Shown piece by piece: positions 15,322 to 22,852 of a stretch of DNA of 28,533 nucleotides. Location of the stretch: IMG/VR virus record IMGVR_UViG_2565956714_000005, one strand, 5' to 3'. Under the pieces are notes generated by a model, which had not been told where the DNA came from, made no database searches, and saw only the letters and a program-made list of their open reading frames with translations. Position 1 is the stretch's first letter; every line of letters begins with the position of its first letter. This stretch comes from a virus. Its lineage: Duplodnaviria > Heunggongvirae > Uroviricota > Caudoviricetes. The position numbers and the translations under genes are program-made.

Positions 15322-16074
15322 TTATCTCGTCACCTTCCTCAATTGCGCTTCCGCGTATGCTTCTTCCTGCCAGCACTTTGTTACCAGTTTACCAATGACG
15401 TCCGCATACCCCTTATACCACTGATAATCGGTCAGGTCTGGTACCAGCTTCTGGACATGACGTCGTGCCAGCGTGGTCGGTAAACGACTAAACCGGTTTC
15501 CATTACAACGCCCACAAATCTTATATACCGGTACGCCATGAAACCGGGTTCTTTTTTCATCCAGAACAATCCCTTTACCCTTACACCCTCTGCACGCTGT
15601 GCTGGCTTCGCCCTTACCATGGCAATGCTGACATAGTTCCTTCACCCATTCTTCCTTGATTACAGATTCCCCGCGTCTGTAGTGTTTCACCACTTCGCGC
15701 AATACATTATAAAATCCCGTACCTGAACAATGCTCACAGCGAGCCTTACTTGCCGCAGACCTGGAGTAATCAGCAAAGGCAAAACTCACGAGGTAAGGAA
15801 TAATCTGTAACCGGATTTCTTCACTCAATTTGTTCAATGTCGGGTTATCCAGTGCCATCGCGTAATTTAGCAGGCCTTCAATCGCAAACTGAGGGTCCTG
15901 AACACCAACTTTTGCCAGAAATAAGGCCAACCCAAGTGGTGCTTTCGACTGCACCATCCCCTGCGCTGCCATTACATCCGTAATTGTTAAACAACCGGTG
16001 CCTGTCGCTGGAGCGTCATCGCTCAATTTTGGAGATTTTGGGGAGTAATATTTTGGTAAGGCTTCAAGGTTCAT
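15322..16074 (-). CDS. quuQ: Late-gene antitermination protein Q, 250 aa
   Basis: Cys/His-rich protein (...CEHCSGTGFYN...CQHCHGKGEASTACRGCKGKGIVLDEKRTRFHG...CGRCNGN...) in the Q position; start taken at the ATG of MNLEALPKYY with GGAG SD; the track's longer form starts at TTG. Confidence 0.85.
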   Translation of the reverse strand: MNLEALPKYYSPKSPKLSDDAPATGTGCLTITDVMAAQGMVQSKAPLGLALFLAKVGVQDPQFAIEGLLNYAMALDNPTLNKLSEEIRLQIIPYLVSFAFADYSRSAASKARCEHCSGTGFYNVLREVVKHYRRGESVIKEEWVKELCQHCHGKGEASTACRGCKGKGIVLDEKRTRFHGVPVYKICGRCNGNRFSRLPTTLARRHVQKLVPDLTDYQWYKGYADVIGKLVTKCWQEEAYAEAQLRKVTR

Positions 16075-16087
16075 GCTCGTTCTCCAC

Positions 16088-17137
16088 TTACGCCAGTACG
16101 CCAATTGCCAGCGCGCGATCGATAAAACGAAATATCAGCTCCAGTTGGGAGCCATACTTATCTTCAAATGCCACTGTATCCGTATGCAGCTCGTTGTGAT
16201 GCTTTCTGCACAAAGGCAACACAAAGAGATCATGTGCTTTTGTTCCCATTCCGCCCTGCCCGTGACCAATCAGATGATGCGGATCGTCGGCTGGCATACC
16301 GCAGCAAGCACACGGCTGTGTCTTAACCCAACGTGTGTATTTCTCCTTAACCCAGCGGCGACGTTTAGGCAGCTTCATGAAAGATTCCGGAGACTCTGGA
16401 TCAACGGTGATGCTTACCACCGTCTTTTCCTGTGGTGATTTTTGTTGCTGGTGGGCGTAAGGCAACGGTGCAAGATTTTTTGTGCGTTGTTTCAATATGC
16501 TGGTGGCGGTCTGCTCTCCCGGTACGATGTCGCTTTCGCGGTACACCGAGCAGATTTTTTCCGCTGGTAATCCCAGCGAACGACGCGATACAGCCTCAGG
16601 TAGTGCATCCACCACCTGATTGCAGACCGCCCACCAGGATAATTCAGCCAAAGATAATTCCCGCTCCTGCGTACCGCTTATTGCGTGACGGATGACGTCA
16701 ATCACCCATGCTGTCAGATTTTGTTGAGCAAGCAGCTCCAGTGATTCCGATGTCTGGTCACGCAGTTGGTTGTCGCAGTGCCAGCACAACACCATTGCGC
16801 CGGTACCATAACGGTGAATGACTGTTTCAGTGTGATGGTAATCGCCATTAGGCCACTGGCAGGATGTAACATGACGTAATAGCCAGTCGGACAATGCGCC
16901 AACGCCGCCAGCAGCACGAATCACCCGTTCGTTACTAAAAAACGGCAGCAATGTTTTGTCTTCCGCCAGCGGCTGGCGAACGGCAGGAACGACTCCGGAT
17001 GGCAGATTACGCATGCTTTTTGGTTCCGGTTCCACCAGCACTCGAGGATTATGAAATATCTGTATGGATTCACGGCCCGGCTTAAGGACCACCAGCCCAA
17101 GCTCAGGCACCAGAACAGGTCTAAGTAATACCCGCAC
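16088..17137 (-). CDS. ydfU: YdfU-like protein (DUF968) with Cys cluster and HNH-like motif; start uncertain (GTG 17137 or GTG 17176)
   Basis: ...KTQPCACCGMPADDPHHLIGHGQGGMGTKAHDLFVLPLCRKHHNELHTDTVAFEDKYGSQ...; GTG at 17137 has GGAGG 5 nt upstream and gives 349 aa. Confidence 0.7.
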   Translation of the reverse strand: MRVLLRPVLVPELGLVVLKPGRESIQIFHNPRVLVEPEPKSMRNLPSGVVPAVRQPLAEDKTLLPFFSNERVIRAAGGVGALSDWLLRHVTSCQWPNGDYHHTETVIHRYGTGAMVLCWHCDNQLRDQTSESLELLAQQNLTAWVIDVIRHAISGTQERELSLAELSWWAVCNQVVDALPEAVSRRSLGLPAEKICSVYRESDIVPGEQTATSILKQRTKNLAPLPYAHQQQKSPQEKTVVSITVDPESPESFMKLPKRRRWVKEKYTRWVKTQPCACCGMPADDPHHLIGHGQGGMGTKAHDLFVLPLCRKHHNELHTDTVAFEDKYGSQLELIFRFIDRALAIGVLA

Positions 17138-17138
17138 G

Positions 17139-17417
17139 TTACCTCCAGATCCGTTGCTGGAAAGTGCGGGACGCACGTGGTGGGTGTTCGGAATAAGGCA
17201 GCCTGACAGAGATTATCCAGTGCCGATAGTCGAGACTGAGAGCTTTCTTAACCTCGAACCCGCGCCTGCGGTAAGAATGAATCAGCCATTCGGCCTGTTC
17301 TGCAGTGCATGGAGGGTGCTGGAACCATTCAGACTTGAATGCGTGAGAATACCGCCCGTGCGTGCAGGCAAGAACGGGCGAATTATCAGAATTGTAATAT
17401 TTTGCGTTGCGTGCCAT
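17139..17417 (-). CDS. Hypothetical protein, 92 aa, translationally coupled to ydfU
   Basis: ATG with SD GGAGAAAA; MARNAKYYNSDNSPVLACTHGRYSHAFKSEWFQHPPCTAEQAEWLIHSYRRRGFEVKKALSLDYRHWIISVRLPYSEHPP...; stop 1 nt before the GTG of ydfU. Confidence 0.5.
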   Translation of the reverse strand: MARNAKYYNSDNSPVLACTHGRYSHAFKSEWFQHPPCTAEQAEWLIHSYRRRGFEVKKALSLDYRHWIISVRLPYSEHPPRASRTFQQRIWR

Positions 17418-17483
17418 CGGTTTTCTCCGGTGGCACGGTGTTACTCAGCGGGAGTTCAGCCCCGCGCAAGATTGTAGATGAGT

Positions 17484-17735
17484 TTATTCTCCTGAAAAAG
17501 CAGAAAAGCCAGCTTTTATTCCGATCTCTTTCAATGCCTGTAATGAAGTGACAAACTCACCTTCGCGCAAGATAAATCCGTCCGTGACCCGAGCATCCAC
17601 AAAATTAATTAACGCAGCCCCATTCTTTCGCAAACACATAATGCGGTAATGACTAACAAGATTTCCATTTTCAACGCACACAGCATAGAGGCCATCTTCA
17701 CAAAAAATTTTACGCAGTTCTTCGATGTTCATCAT
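17484..17735 (-). CDS. rem: Rem-like small protein, 83 aa
   Basis: MMNIEELRKIFCEDGLYAVCVENGNLVSHYRIMCLRKNGAALINFVDARVTDGFILREGEFVTSLQALKEIGIKAGFSAFSGE; size and position match K-12 Qin rem. Confidence 0.6.
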   Translation of the reverse strand: MMNIEELRKIFCEDGLYAVCVENGNLVSHYRIMCLRKNGAALINFVDARVTDGFILREGEFVTSLQALKEIGIKAGFSAFSGE

Positions 17736-17852
17736 CAGAATCCTTCCGGATAATTAGCTCTCCCCTTTAAGGGACCATCCCTCTTATCCCTGCGCGCTAC
17801 TTAAGTATTTTTGATTCTATTCCGGCACCGTCCAGAACTTCAAACGCGTTGA

Positions 17853-17881
17853 AAATAAAAACAAAAACCCGCCGAAGCGGG
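17853..17881 (-). terminator. Rho-independent terminator downstream of hok
   Basis: Minus strand CCCGC-TTCG-GCGGG followed by TTTTTGTTTTTATTTTC. Confidence 0.7.
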
Positions 17882-17951
17882 TTAAGTGCGGGTGCGTTGA
17901 GGATGCCTGCCACATCAGAGGTGGCGAGGGATTTCTCCCCCGCCGGGTCTC

Positions 17952-18107
17952 TTACTCCTCAGGTTCGTAAGCTGTGAAGACAGCGACCTCCGTCTGGCCG
18001 GTTCGGATTCGTACCTCGCAGAGGTCTTTCCTCGTTACCAGTGCCGTCACTATGACGGTTAAACAGATGACGATCAGGGCGATTAACATCGCCTTTTGCT
18101 GCTTCAT
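17952..18107 (-). CDS. hokD: Hok-family type I toxin (membrane-depolarising peptide), 51 aa
   Basis: MKQQKAMLIALIVICLTVIVTALVTRKDLCEVRIRTGQTEVAVFTAYEPEE; SD AAGGAGAAG; the track ORF extends in frame upstream to 18164. Confidence 0.85.
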   Translation of the reverse strand: MKQQKAMLIALIVICLTVIVTALVTRKDLCEVRIRTGQTEVAVFTAYEPEE

Positions 18108-18365
18108 AGCCTGCTTCTCCTTGCCTTTCGGCACGTAAGAGGCTAACCTACATGTGTCTAGCATGAAATTGGCCTCAGATTAATGTTAAGCGTCTTGCAG
18201 GACGCGTAATGTTAACTGGGGCTTTTCTCTATCTGCCGTTGGTGTCCATGCCCGAGGCAGATAGCCTCAAGCACCCGCAGTCATTCTACTTAACTAAGAT
18301 TTCCCCGCAAACCGTTTTTGTCCAGCACAGTAAATATCCAACTAAACCAATGGAGTTCGCTGTAT

Positions 18366-18545
18366 TTACCGCCAGTATTCAATGCACATGACCGCCATGA
18401 ACACCCCTAAAAAAAGGGCATTTATATATCCAAATATTAATATCAAAACATCAACTTTTTCCATATACCTTGCTGTGAAGATGATGGGCATACATGATGC
18501 GAACAACCAGAACGCAACAAACAAAAACTGCAATGCGTTTTTCAT
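18366..18545 (-). CDS. Small hydrophobic membrane protein, 59 aa, two predicted TM helices
   Basis: MKNALQFLFVAFWLFASCMPIIFTARYMEKVDVLILIFGYINALFLGVFMAVMCIEYWR; strong SD AGGAGGA 5 nt upstream of this ATG. Confidence 0.5.
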   Translation of the reverse strand: MKNALQFLFVAFWLFASCMPIIFTARYMEKVDVLILIFGYINALFLGVFMAVMCIEYWR

Positions 18546-18799
18546 TATTCCTCCTACAATCAATGTGCAATTACATTTAAACACACCTCAATTTGGCCGG
18601 ACATATAAATATCTAAACCAGAAAAAATCACTTACATAGCGTTACAAACTCTTTAGTCTAAAGGTTCATCGTAAAACATTCCCCATACTTATCAGTCCGT
18701 TCCGCGCCAGGTAGCTCATTGCCTTATCTGGCAACCTGTAATCAGGTTTCCGCTTTTTCAGTTGGCTGGTCGTTTAACCGACATAGTTAATCCATTAAT

Positions 18800-19087
18800 C
18801 TAGTTGCCGGATGTTGGTGGATTTTCGCGTTTTAGTTGTTCATAAAAGTGCACAGCTTTAACCAGTTCTTCTGATGTAACTGGGACTGGTGAGGCAGTGA
18901 ATAAGGCCTGAATTTGATAGTTCGGCCTGTCGTTACAATCCTCTTTTTTCGGTACATATTTCCAGTCACCAGACCACTACTTCCCCTGAAAGTCCGTAAC
19001 GCCTTTTTTCACGTAGCGATATCGCCATGCCACTGGTTTTGCTTGCCCCGCCGTTTCATGCCCTTCCTGATAATTAATCTCGCTCAT
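18800..19087 (-). pseudogene. About 95-codon ORF interrupted by one in-frame amber (TAG) codon at 18977-18979
   Basis: MSEINYQEGHETAGQAKPVAWRYRYVKKGVTDFQGK-TAG-WSGDWKYVPKKEDCNDRPNYQIQALFTASPVPVTSEELVKAVHFYEQLKRENPPTSGN; both halves share one frame; left boundary less certain than the right. Confidence 0.3.
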
Positions 19088-19697
19088 TCATCGCCCCACT
19101 CATCACAATATGCTTCGACCGGAGTTTTTCCCGCTTCATAGTCATCACGCTAGGATTCGACATCAGCAGCACTTCCACCGCGTAACTCACCATAGTCCAT
19201 TAATAGTTCATCCCGCTCTTCAAAACTGATGTTATATTTAGCTGAACAAAAATCAGCCACTTTGTTCTTCCTCATCGTCTTTTATTTCGTGGTATGAGTA
19301 ATTGCAGTAGTTAAAGAAAATTTCTTATGCTCCGTCATGAATTTCCTCAGGTGTTGCGTCATCGTCCACTTCGAATACATCCTCAAAATCTCCACCAGCT
19401 ATTCCCGTTTCAATAATAATTTTGAACTTTCGCATTTCACTACCGCCCTTTCGGGCGGCCTCCTGATGTTCTGAGGGTGCAGAAATCCATCCGGTTAAGG
19501 ATTAAATTTTATTTACAGAACTGAATTTAATTATTCAGATATACGTATCTGTAGCCTTACGAATCTACTCACTGGATGCCTCTTTCATAAAAATAATCCA
19601 GTGGGTTTTATCGTTTTTTCCCTGTTCGTTGACAGATAACAGGTTTTCTGTCTGTCAGTGCCAGAATCTGGCTTACCGGTATTTGCGTTTCATTCCA

Positions 19698-20054
19698 TTA
19701 AAAAATCAGAACGCCGTGCGGCCTCAACACCCGAAAGGCTTCTTTAAATCTCTGTCGCGAATCATCACGCCAGGCATCTTTATTCAGCCGTCCATATTTC
19801 TTTCCCATCCAGGCGTTATCACCAACACTCTCAAGATGCGGAGGGTCTAATACAACCATCGAAAAAGATGCGTCTGCAAATGATAATGCACGAAAATCTG
19901 CGATAATGTCAGGGCTGATAATCAAGCGTCTCCCATTGCGTAATGTGTATCCTTCTTTTCTGATATCGCTGAATATCGCCCGTTCGTCAGACTTATCGAA
20001 CCAGAACATGCGGCTGCCACAGCACATATCAAGAATGGTTGCCGGTGCACTCAC
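19698..20054 (-). CDS. Minimal SAM-dependent methyltransferase-like protein, 118 aa, possibly truncated
   Basis: Motif I LDMCCGSRM near the N-terminus, acidic strand-end IFSDI, DPPH tetrad (motif IV) and RVLRPHGVLIF; GTG start overlaps the stop of the upstream gene (GTGA); ends at TAA followed by 29 in-frame sense codons. Confidence 0.5.
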   Translation of the reverse strand: MSAPATILDMCCGSRMFWFDKSDERAIFSDIRKEGYTLRNGRRLIISPDIIADFRALSFADASFSMVVLDPPHLESVGDNAWMGKKYGRLNKDAWRDDSRQRFKEAFRVLRPHGVLIF

Positions 20055-20473
20055 TGCGCCACGTCCTGAAAATTACCCTGATAGAAAGCCAGTATGCGCT
20101 GCATAACTTCGCTCTTCCGGCACTCGCGACAGATTATGTTTAGGCGACTGTCGTAGCGACGTATTTCTCCGTCAGGTGATGACCAGATAAGGTCCGGATC
20201 AACCACAGCAGGTTTCTTCACCTTTGCCCTCGAGAGTTTTTTGCGGGCGTTTTGCCAGTCCTTACGCGCCTGTTCAGAGGTGAATAACCCGTAGCCGGAG
20301 TTGTATACATCGCCACTGGCTACCAGCTCTCTGGCAAGAACGCTCATCAGATATCTAGTCGCACCTGTTTTAGCTTCCAGTTGCCGTAACGTCTCACGGC
20401 CGCTCTGGCGCACGAGTTCCACCACCTGCCATTTAATTTTTTCCCGCTCTTCTTGTGTAAAAACTTTTGCCAC
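20051..20473 (-). CDS. Hypothetical protein, 140 aa, no ATPase motifs
   Basis: GTG start with SD AAGGGGGA; MAKVFTQEEREKIKWQVVELVRQSGRETLRQLEAKTGATRYLMSVLARELVASGDV...; sits where a helicase loader would normally be but has no Walker motifs. Confidence 0.5.
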   Translation of the reverse strand: MAKVFTQEEREKIKWQVVELVRQSGRETLRQLEAKTGATRYLMSVLARELVASGDVYNSGYGLFTSEQARKDWQNARKKLSRAKVKKPAVVDPDLIWSSPDGEIRRYDSRLNIICRECRKSEVMQRILAFYQGNFQDVAQ

Positions 20474-20513
20474 AAGTCCCCCTTAAAATTACCTCATGAC
20501 CTGAAATCAACAC

Positions 20514-21477
20514 TTATCCTCTGAAACCAGGCGGAATTTCTGTATCCGGTTCAGAAATATGATTAACACAACGCTGTACAGGTGAACGTCCCAGGCGGAT
20601 GACCAGTTCGTCCCATTTTTCGCGGAGCTTTGACGGGCTCATGATGTTTTTTACCCAGAATGGATCTCGCTGAACCCGACCAAACATTTCGCAAATTTGT
20701 CTGTGGCTTCTGCCATCCAGCATCCGCATTGTGCGCACGTCATTGGCCCAGGCAGTCCAGTTAGGCTCTTTTGGTCGCATGATCTCGCCATCATCACTGG
20801 CTGCCTGTTCGTAGAGACCCACGATCCGCCCCCAGATCCACTGCGCACACGCCAAATCCTCCCTGCTACCCCACTGGCGTTTTTTCGCACTAAACACAAC
20901 CGCGTCGGAGTTCCGGGTTAAAAAATCCTGTTCAGTCGTCTGCGGGTCCGGTTGCGAAGCTTCCGGACGAAAAGTGTTTTTATTCTCTGTAGTAATCTCT
21001 GTTGTATTCTCTGTAAGATCATCAGGCCATTTTGACCCGATGACATTGGGTCGTTTTGAACCAATGGAGCGTTTCATTTTGACCTCTTCCATCGTGTCAT
21101 TTTGACCTGATGGAGCGGCGCATTTTGAACCGATGGATTCGCTCAATTTGCCACCATCTAAAAGCTCGCTCCCATAGTTGATCGTGTAGAAATTGGTCAT
21201 ATCGCGCTTTGATTTATTGAGCTTTTCACAACGCAAAAGCCCCAGCGTTTTCAGACTTGCAAACGCGCGCTTTAACGTTGACTCTGACCAGAATGGGAAC
21301 TGTTCCAGCCATTGTTCCGTTGTGTTATAAATCCAGCGAACACCATCACATTCCATGCCGGAGTTGGTATCTCTCAACCAGTAGTGCAGTTGTTGCAAAA
21401 CAATGGCTTCGTTTAAGCCAATTTTCATTGCCAGCTGCGTGTTTATAACCAGTGGGCGTTCAGCAAAAAGAAGGCTC
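20514..21477 (-). CDS. Replication initiator: N-terminal phage replisome-organiser-like domain, C-terminal DnaT (primosomal protein I)-like domain; start uncertain (ATG 21477 or 21426; track TTG 21533)
   Basis: C-terminus ...GRSPVQRCVNHISEPDTEIPPGFRG parallels the end of E. coli DnaT (...VSEPDSQIPPGFRG) as I recall it; internal repeated peptides (SIGSK x3, TENTTEITTENK) coincide with DNA iterons. Confidence 0.7.
20981..21016. repeat. Three 12-bp direct repeats (W-W-TCTCTGT-W-G) in an AT-rich stretch beside the iterons
   Basis: TCTCTGT at 20984, 20996 and 21008, period 12 bp. Confidence 0.5.
21028..21144. repeat. Five direct iterons of 23-24 bp, consensus CATTTTGA(C/A)C(Y)GATGG: candidate replication origin inside the initiator gene
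   Basis: CATTTTGACC/CGTTTTGAACC motif starts at 21028, 21052, 21075, 21098 and 21121. Confidence 0.65.
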
Positions 21478-21981
21478 ATAATTCCATCCAGCTTTTTGTT
21501 GGTATTGCTGTCGATACGCAAGTTTGAAAGCAATTGCTTTTTCTATAAGTTCGTCAGTTTCACGATCCACTACGGCAGGATCAGCAAAAAGCAGTCCGGA
21601 CTCCACCACATCGCCATATTCTTTGTTTAACCCGGCGATCATGCACGTGATGCTTTTTCCGTCAGTAATTTCACGATACAACCTGAAATCATTAATCCGG
21701 ATAGCCTCCATAATTGCAGGCACTAGCGCCGTGAACTTTTCACGCTTATCCCTGGTGTCGATAGCCTTCCAGCGTTCAAATATCTTCACTCGATTAACGC
21801 CAAGCGCTCGCTGATCAATCGCGCCACCTTCATATGTGACACGCTGAACATCGATGTTCGGGCGCTCTTTCAAAGCCCAGAATGCTTCAGTGATTAATAT
21901 CGTCGCCTGCTCCTGTGTCATTCCTGGTCGACATATCCAGGCATCCAGAGCCTCACGAGCCTGTTCAGGAGTGATTTTCAT
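21460..21981 (-). CDS. Hypothetical early protein, 173 aa, in the cII position downstream of the Cro-like gene (possibly YdaT-like)
   Basis: ATG ORF MKITPEQAREALDAWICRPGMTQEQATILITEAFWALKERPNIDVQRVTYEGG...; overlaps the dicC 3' end by 17 nt; family assignment not secure. Confidence 0.45.
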   Translation of the reverse strand: MKITPEQAREALDAWICRPGMTQEQATILITEAFWALKERPNIDVQRVTYEGGAIDQRALGVNRVKIFERWKAIDTRDKREKFTALVPAIMEAIRINDFRLYREITDGKSITCMIAGLNKEYGDVVESGLLFADPAVVDRETDELIEKAIAFKLAYRQQYQQKAGWNYEPSFC

Positions 21982-22195
21982 TGTTCAACCGCCCCGCCCG
22001 CTTCGTCTTACGATATTCATCATAAACTTTGGGATCATACTGAAGCTCCCCGCCAGATGCCTCCTGTAGACGCATCGCGCGACCTTCGGGAACTAAATCC
22101 CCTTTCCAGCTATAAAGCGAAGCCAAACGAATACCTGCTGCTTGTGCAAGTTTTGTTTTTGAACCGAAATACAAAAGAGCGTCAGTTTTAAGCAT
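21965..22195 (-). CDS. dicC: Cro-like repressor DicC, 76 aa
   Basis: MLKTDALLYFGSKTKLAQAAGIRLASLYSWKGDLVPEGRAMRLQEASGGELQYDPKVYDEYRKTKRAGRLNNENHS; divergent from dicA. Confidence 0.85.
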   Translation of the reverse strand: MLKTDALLYFGSKTKLAQAAGIRLASLYSWKGDLVPEGRAMRLQEASGGELQYDPKVYDEYRKTKRAGRLNNENHS

Positions 22196-22278
22196 TTAAA
22201 ACACCTTTATTGTTAGTCATAACTAACAAGATAGATGTTAACAAAAACATAGTCAATACGATTTAGCATTAGCTAACT
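22196..22278. promoter_or_regulatory. dicC-dicA divergent promoter/operator region with inverted repeats TGTTAG-N6-CTAACA and TTAGC-N3-GCTAA
   Basis: 83-bp AT-rich intergenic region between divergent repressor genes; palindrome TGTTAGTCATAACTAACA at 22211-22228. Confidence 0.55.
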
Positions 22279-22686
22279 ATGGAAACAAAAAATTTAACTA
22301 TCGGCGAACGCATCAGGTATCGTCGGAAAAACCTCAAACACACCCAAAGGTCTCTTGCTAAAGCCCTGAAAATCTCCCATGTGTCTGTATCACAATGGGA
22401 ACGGGGTGATAGTGAACCTACAGGGAAGAACCTTTTTGCCCTCAGCAAAGTATTGCAATGCTCACCAACATGGATTCTATTTGGCGATGAAGACAAGCAA
22501 CCAACACCACCTGTTGAGAAGCCAGTTGCCTTATCCCCCAAAGAACTAGAGCTCCTTGAGCTGTTTAATGCACTGCCAGAATCAGAACAGGATACCCAGC
22601 TCGCCGAAATGCGAGCTCGAGTAAAAAACTTCAATAAACTCTTTGAAGAATTACTAAAAGCCCGTCAGCGGACAAATAAAAGATAA
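22279..22686 (+). CDS. dicA: CI-like HTH repressor DicA (represses dicB), 135 aa
   Basis: METKNLTIGERIRYRRKNLKHTQRSLAKALKISHVSVSQWERGDSEPTGKNLFALSKVLQCSPTWILFGDEDK...; HTH_XRE motif. Confidence 0.9.
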   Translation: METKNLTIGERIRYRRKNLKHTQRSLAKALKISHVSVSQWERGDSEPTGKNLFALSKVLQCSPTWILFGDEDKQPTPPVEKPVALSPKELELLELFNALPESEQDTQLAEMRARVKNFNKLFEELLKARQRTNKR

Positions 22687-22721
22687 CATCATCAATGAGT
22701 TATCTTTTACCACATCAATTA

Positions 22722-22772
22722 TGTTAGCTATAACATACAAAATCACTTGACCGATATGTTAGTCATGGCTAA
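22722..22772. promoter_or_regulatory. Two further copies of the TGTTAG...CTAA operator-like motif upstream of ydfA; probable DicA-controlled promoter of the ydfABC-dicF-dicB operon
   Basis: TGTTAGCTATAACA at 22722-22735 and TGTTAGTCATGGCTAA at 22757-22772 resemble the palindrome at 22211-22228. Confidence 0.45.
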
Positions 22773-22852
22773 TCTTGTTTGCATCAACACACCGCACGGT
22801 GTTCTCAGCAAACAGTTCCGCTACCCCAGCGTTAAGGGGAAATGAGGTCAGC

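Noticed and set aside
17484-18365. Expected relE/relB toxin-antitoxin genes upstream of hok, as in K-12 Qin
   Set aside because: No RelE- or RelB-like reading frame is present between hok and the next genes; the region is non-coding leader plus an unrelated small membrane-protein gene.
19698-20054. Idea that the methyltransferase-like ORF belongs to the MT-A70 phage adenine methyltransferase family
   Set aside because: MT-A70 enzymes have their DPPW motif near the N-terminus preceding the SAM-binding motif; here motif I precedes DPPH by about 60 residues, which fits a different Rossmann methyltransferase class.
22269-22634. 121-aa minus-strand ORF
   Set aside because: Entirely antisense to dicA, which is clearly the real gene.
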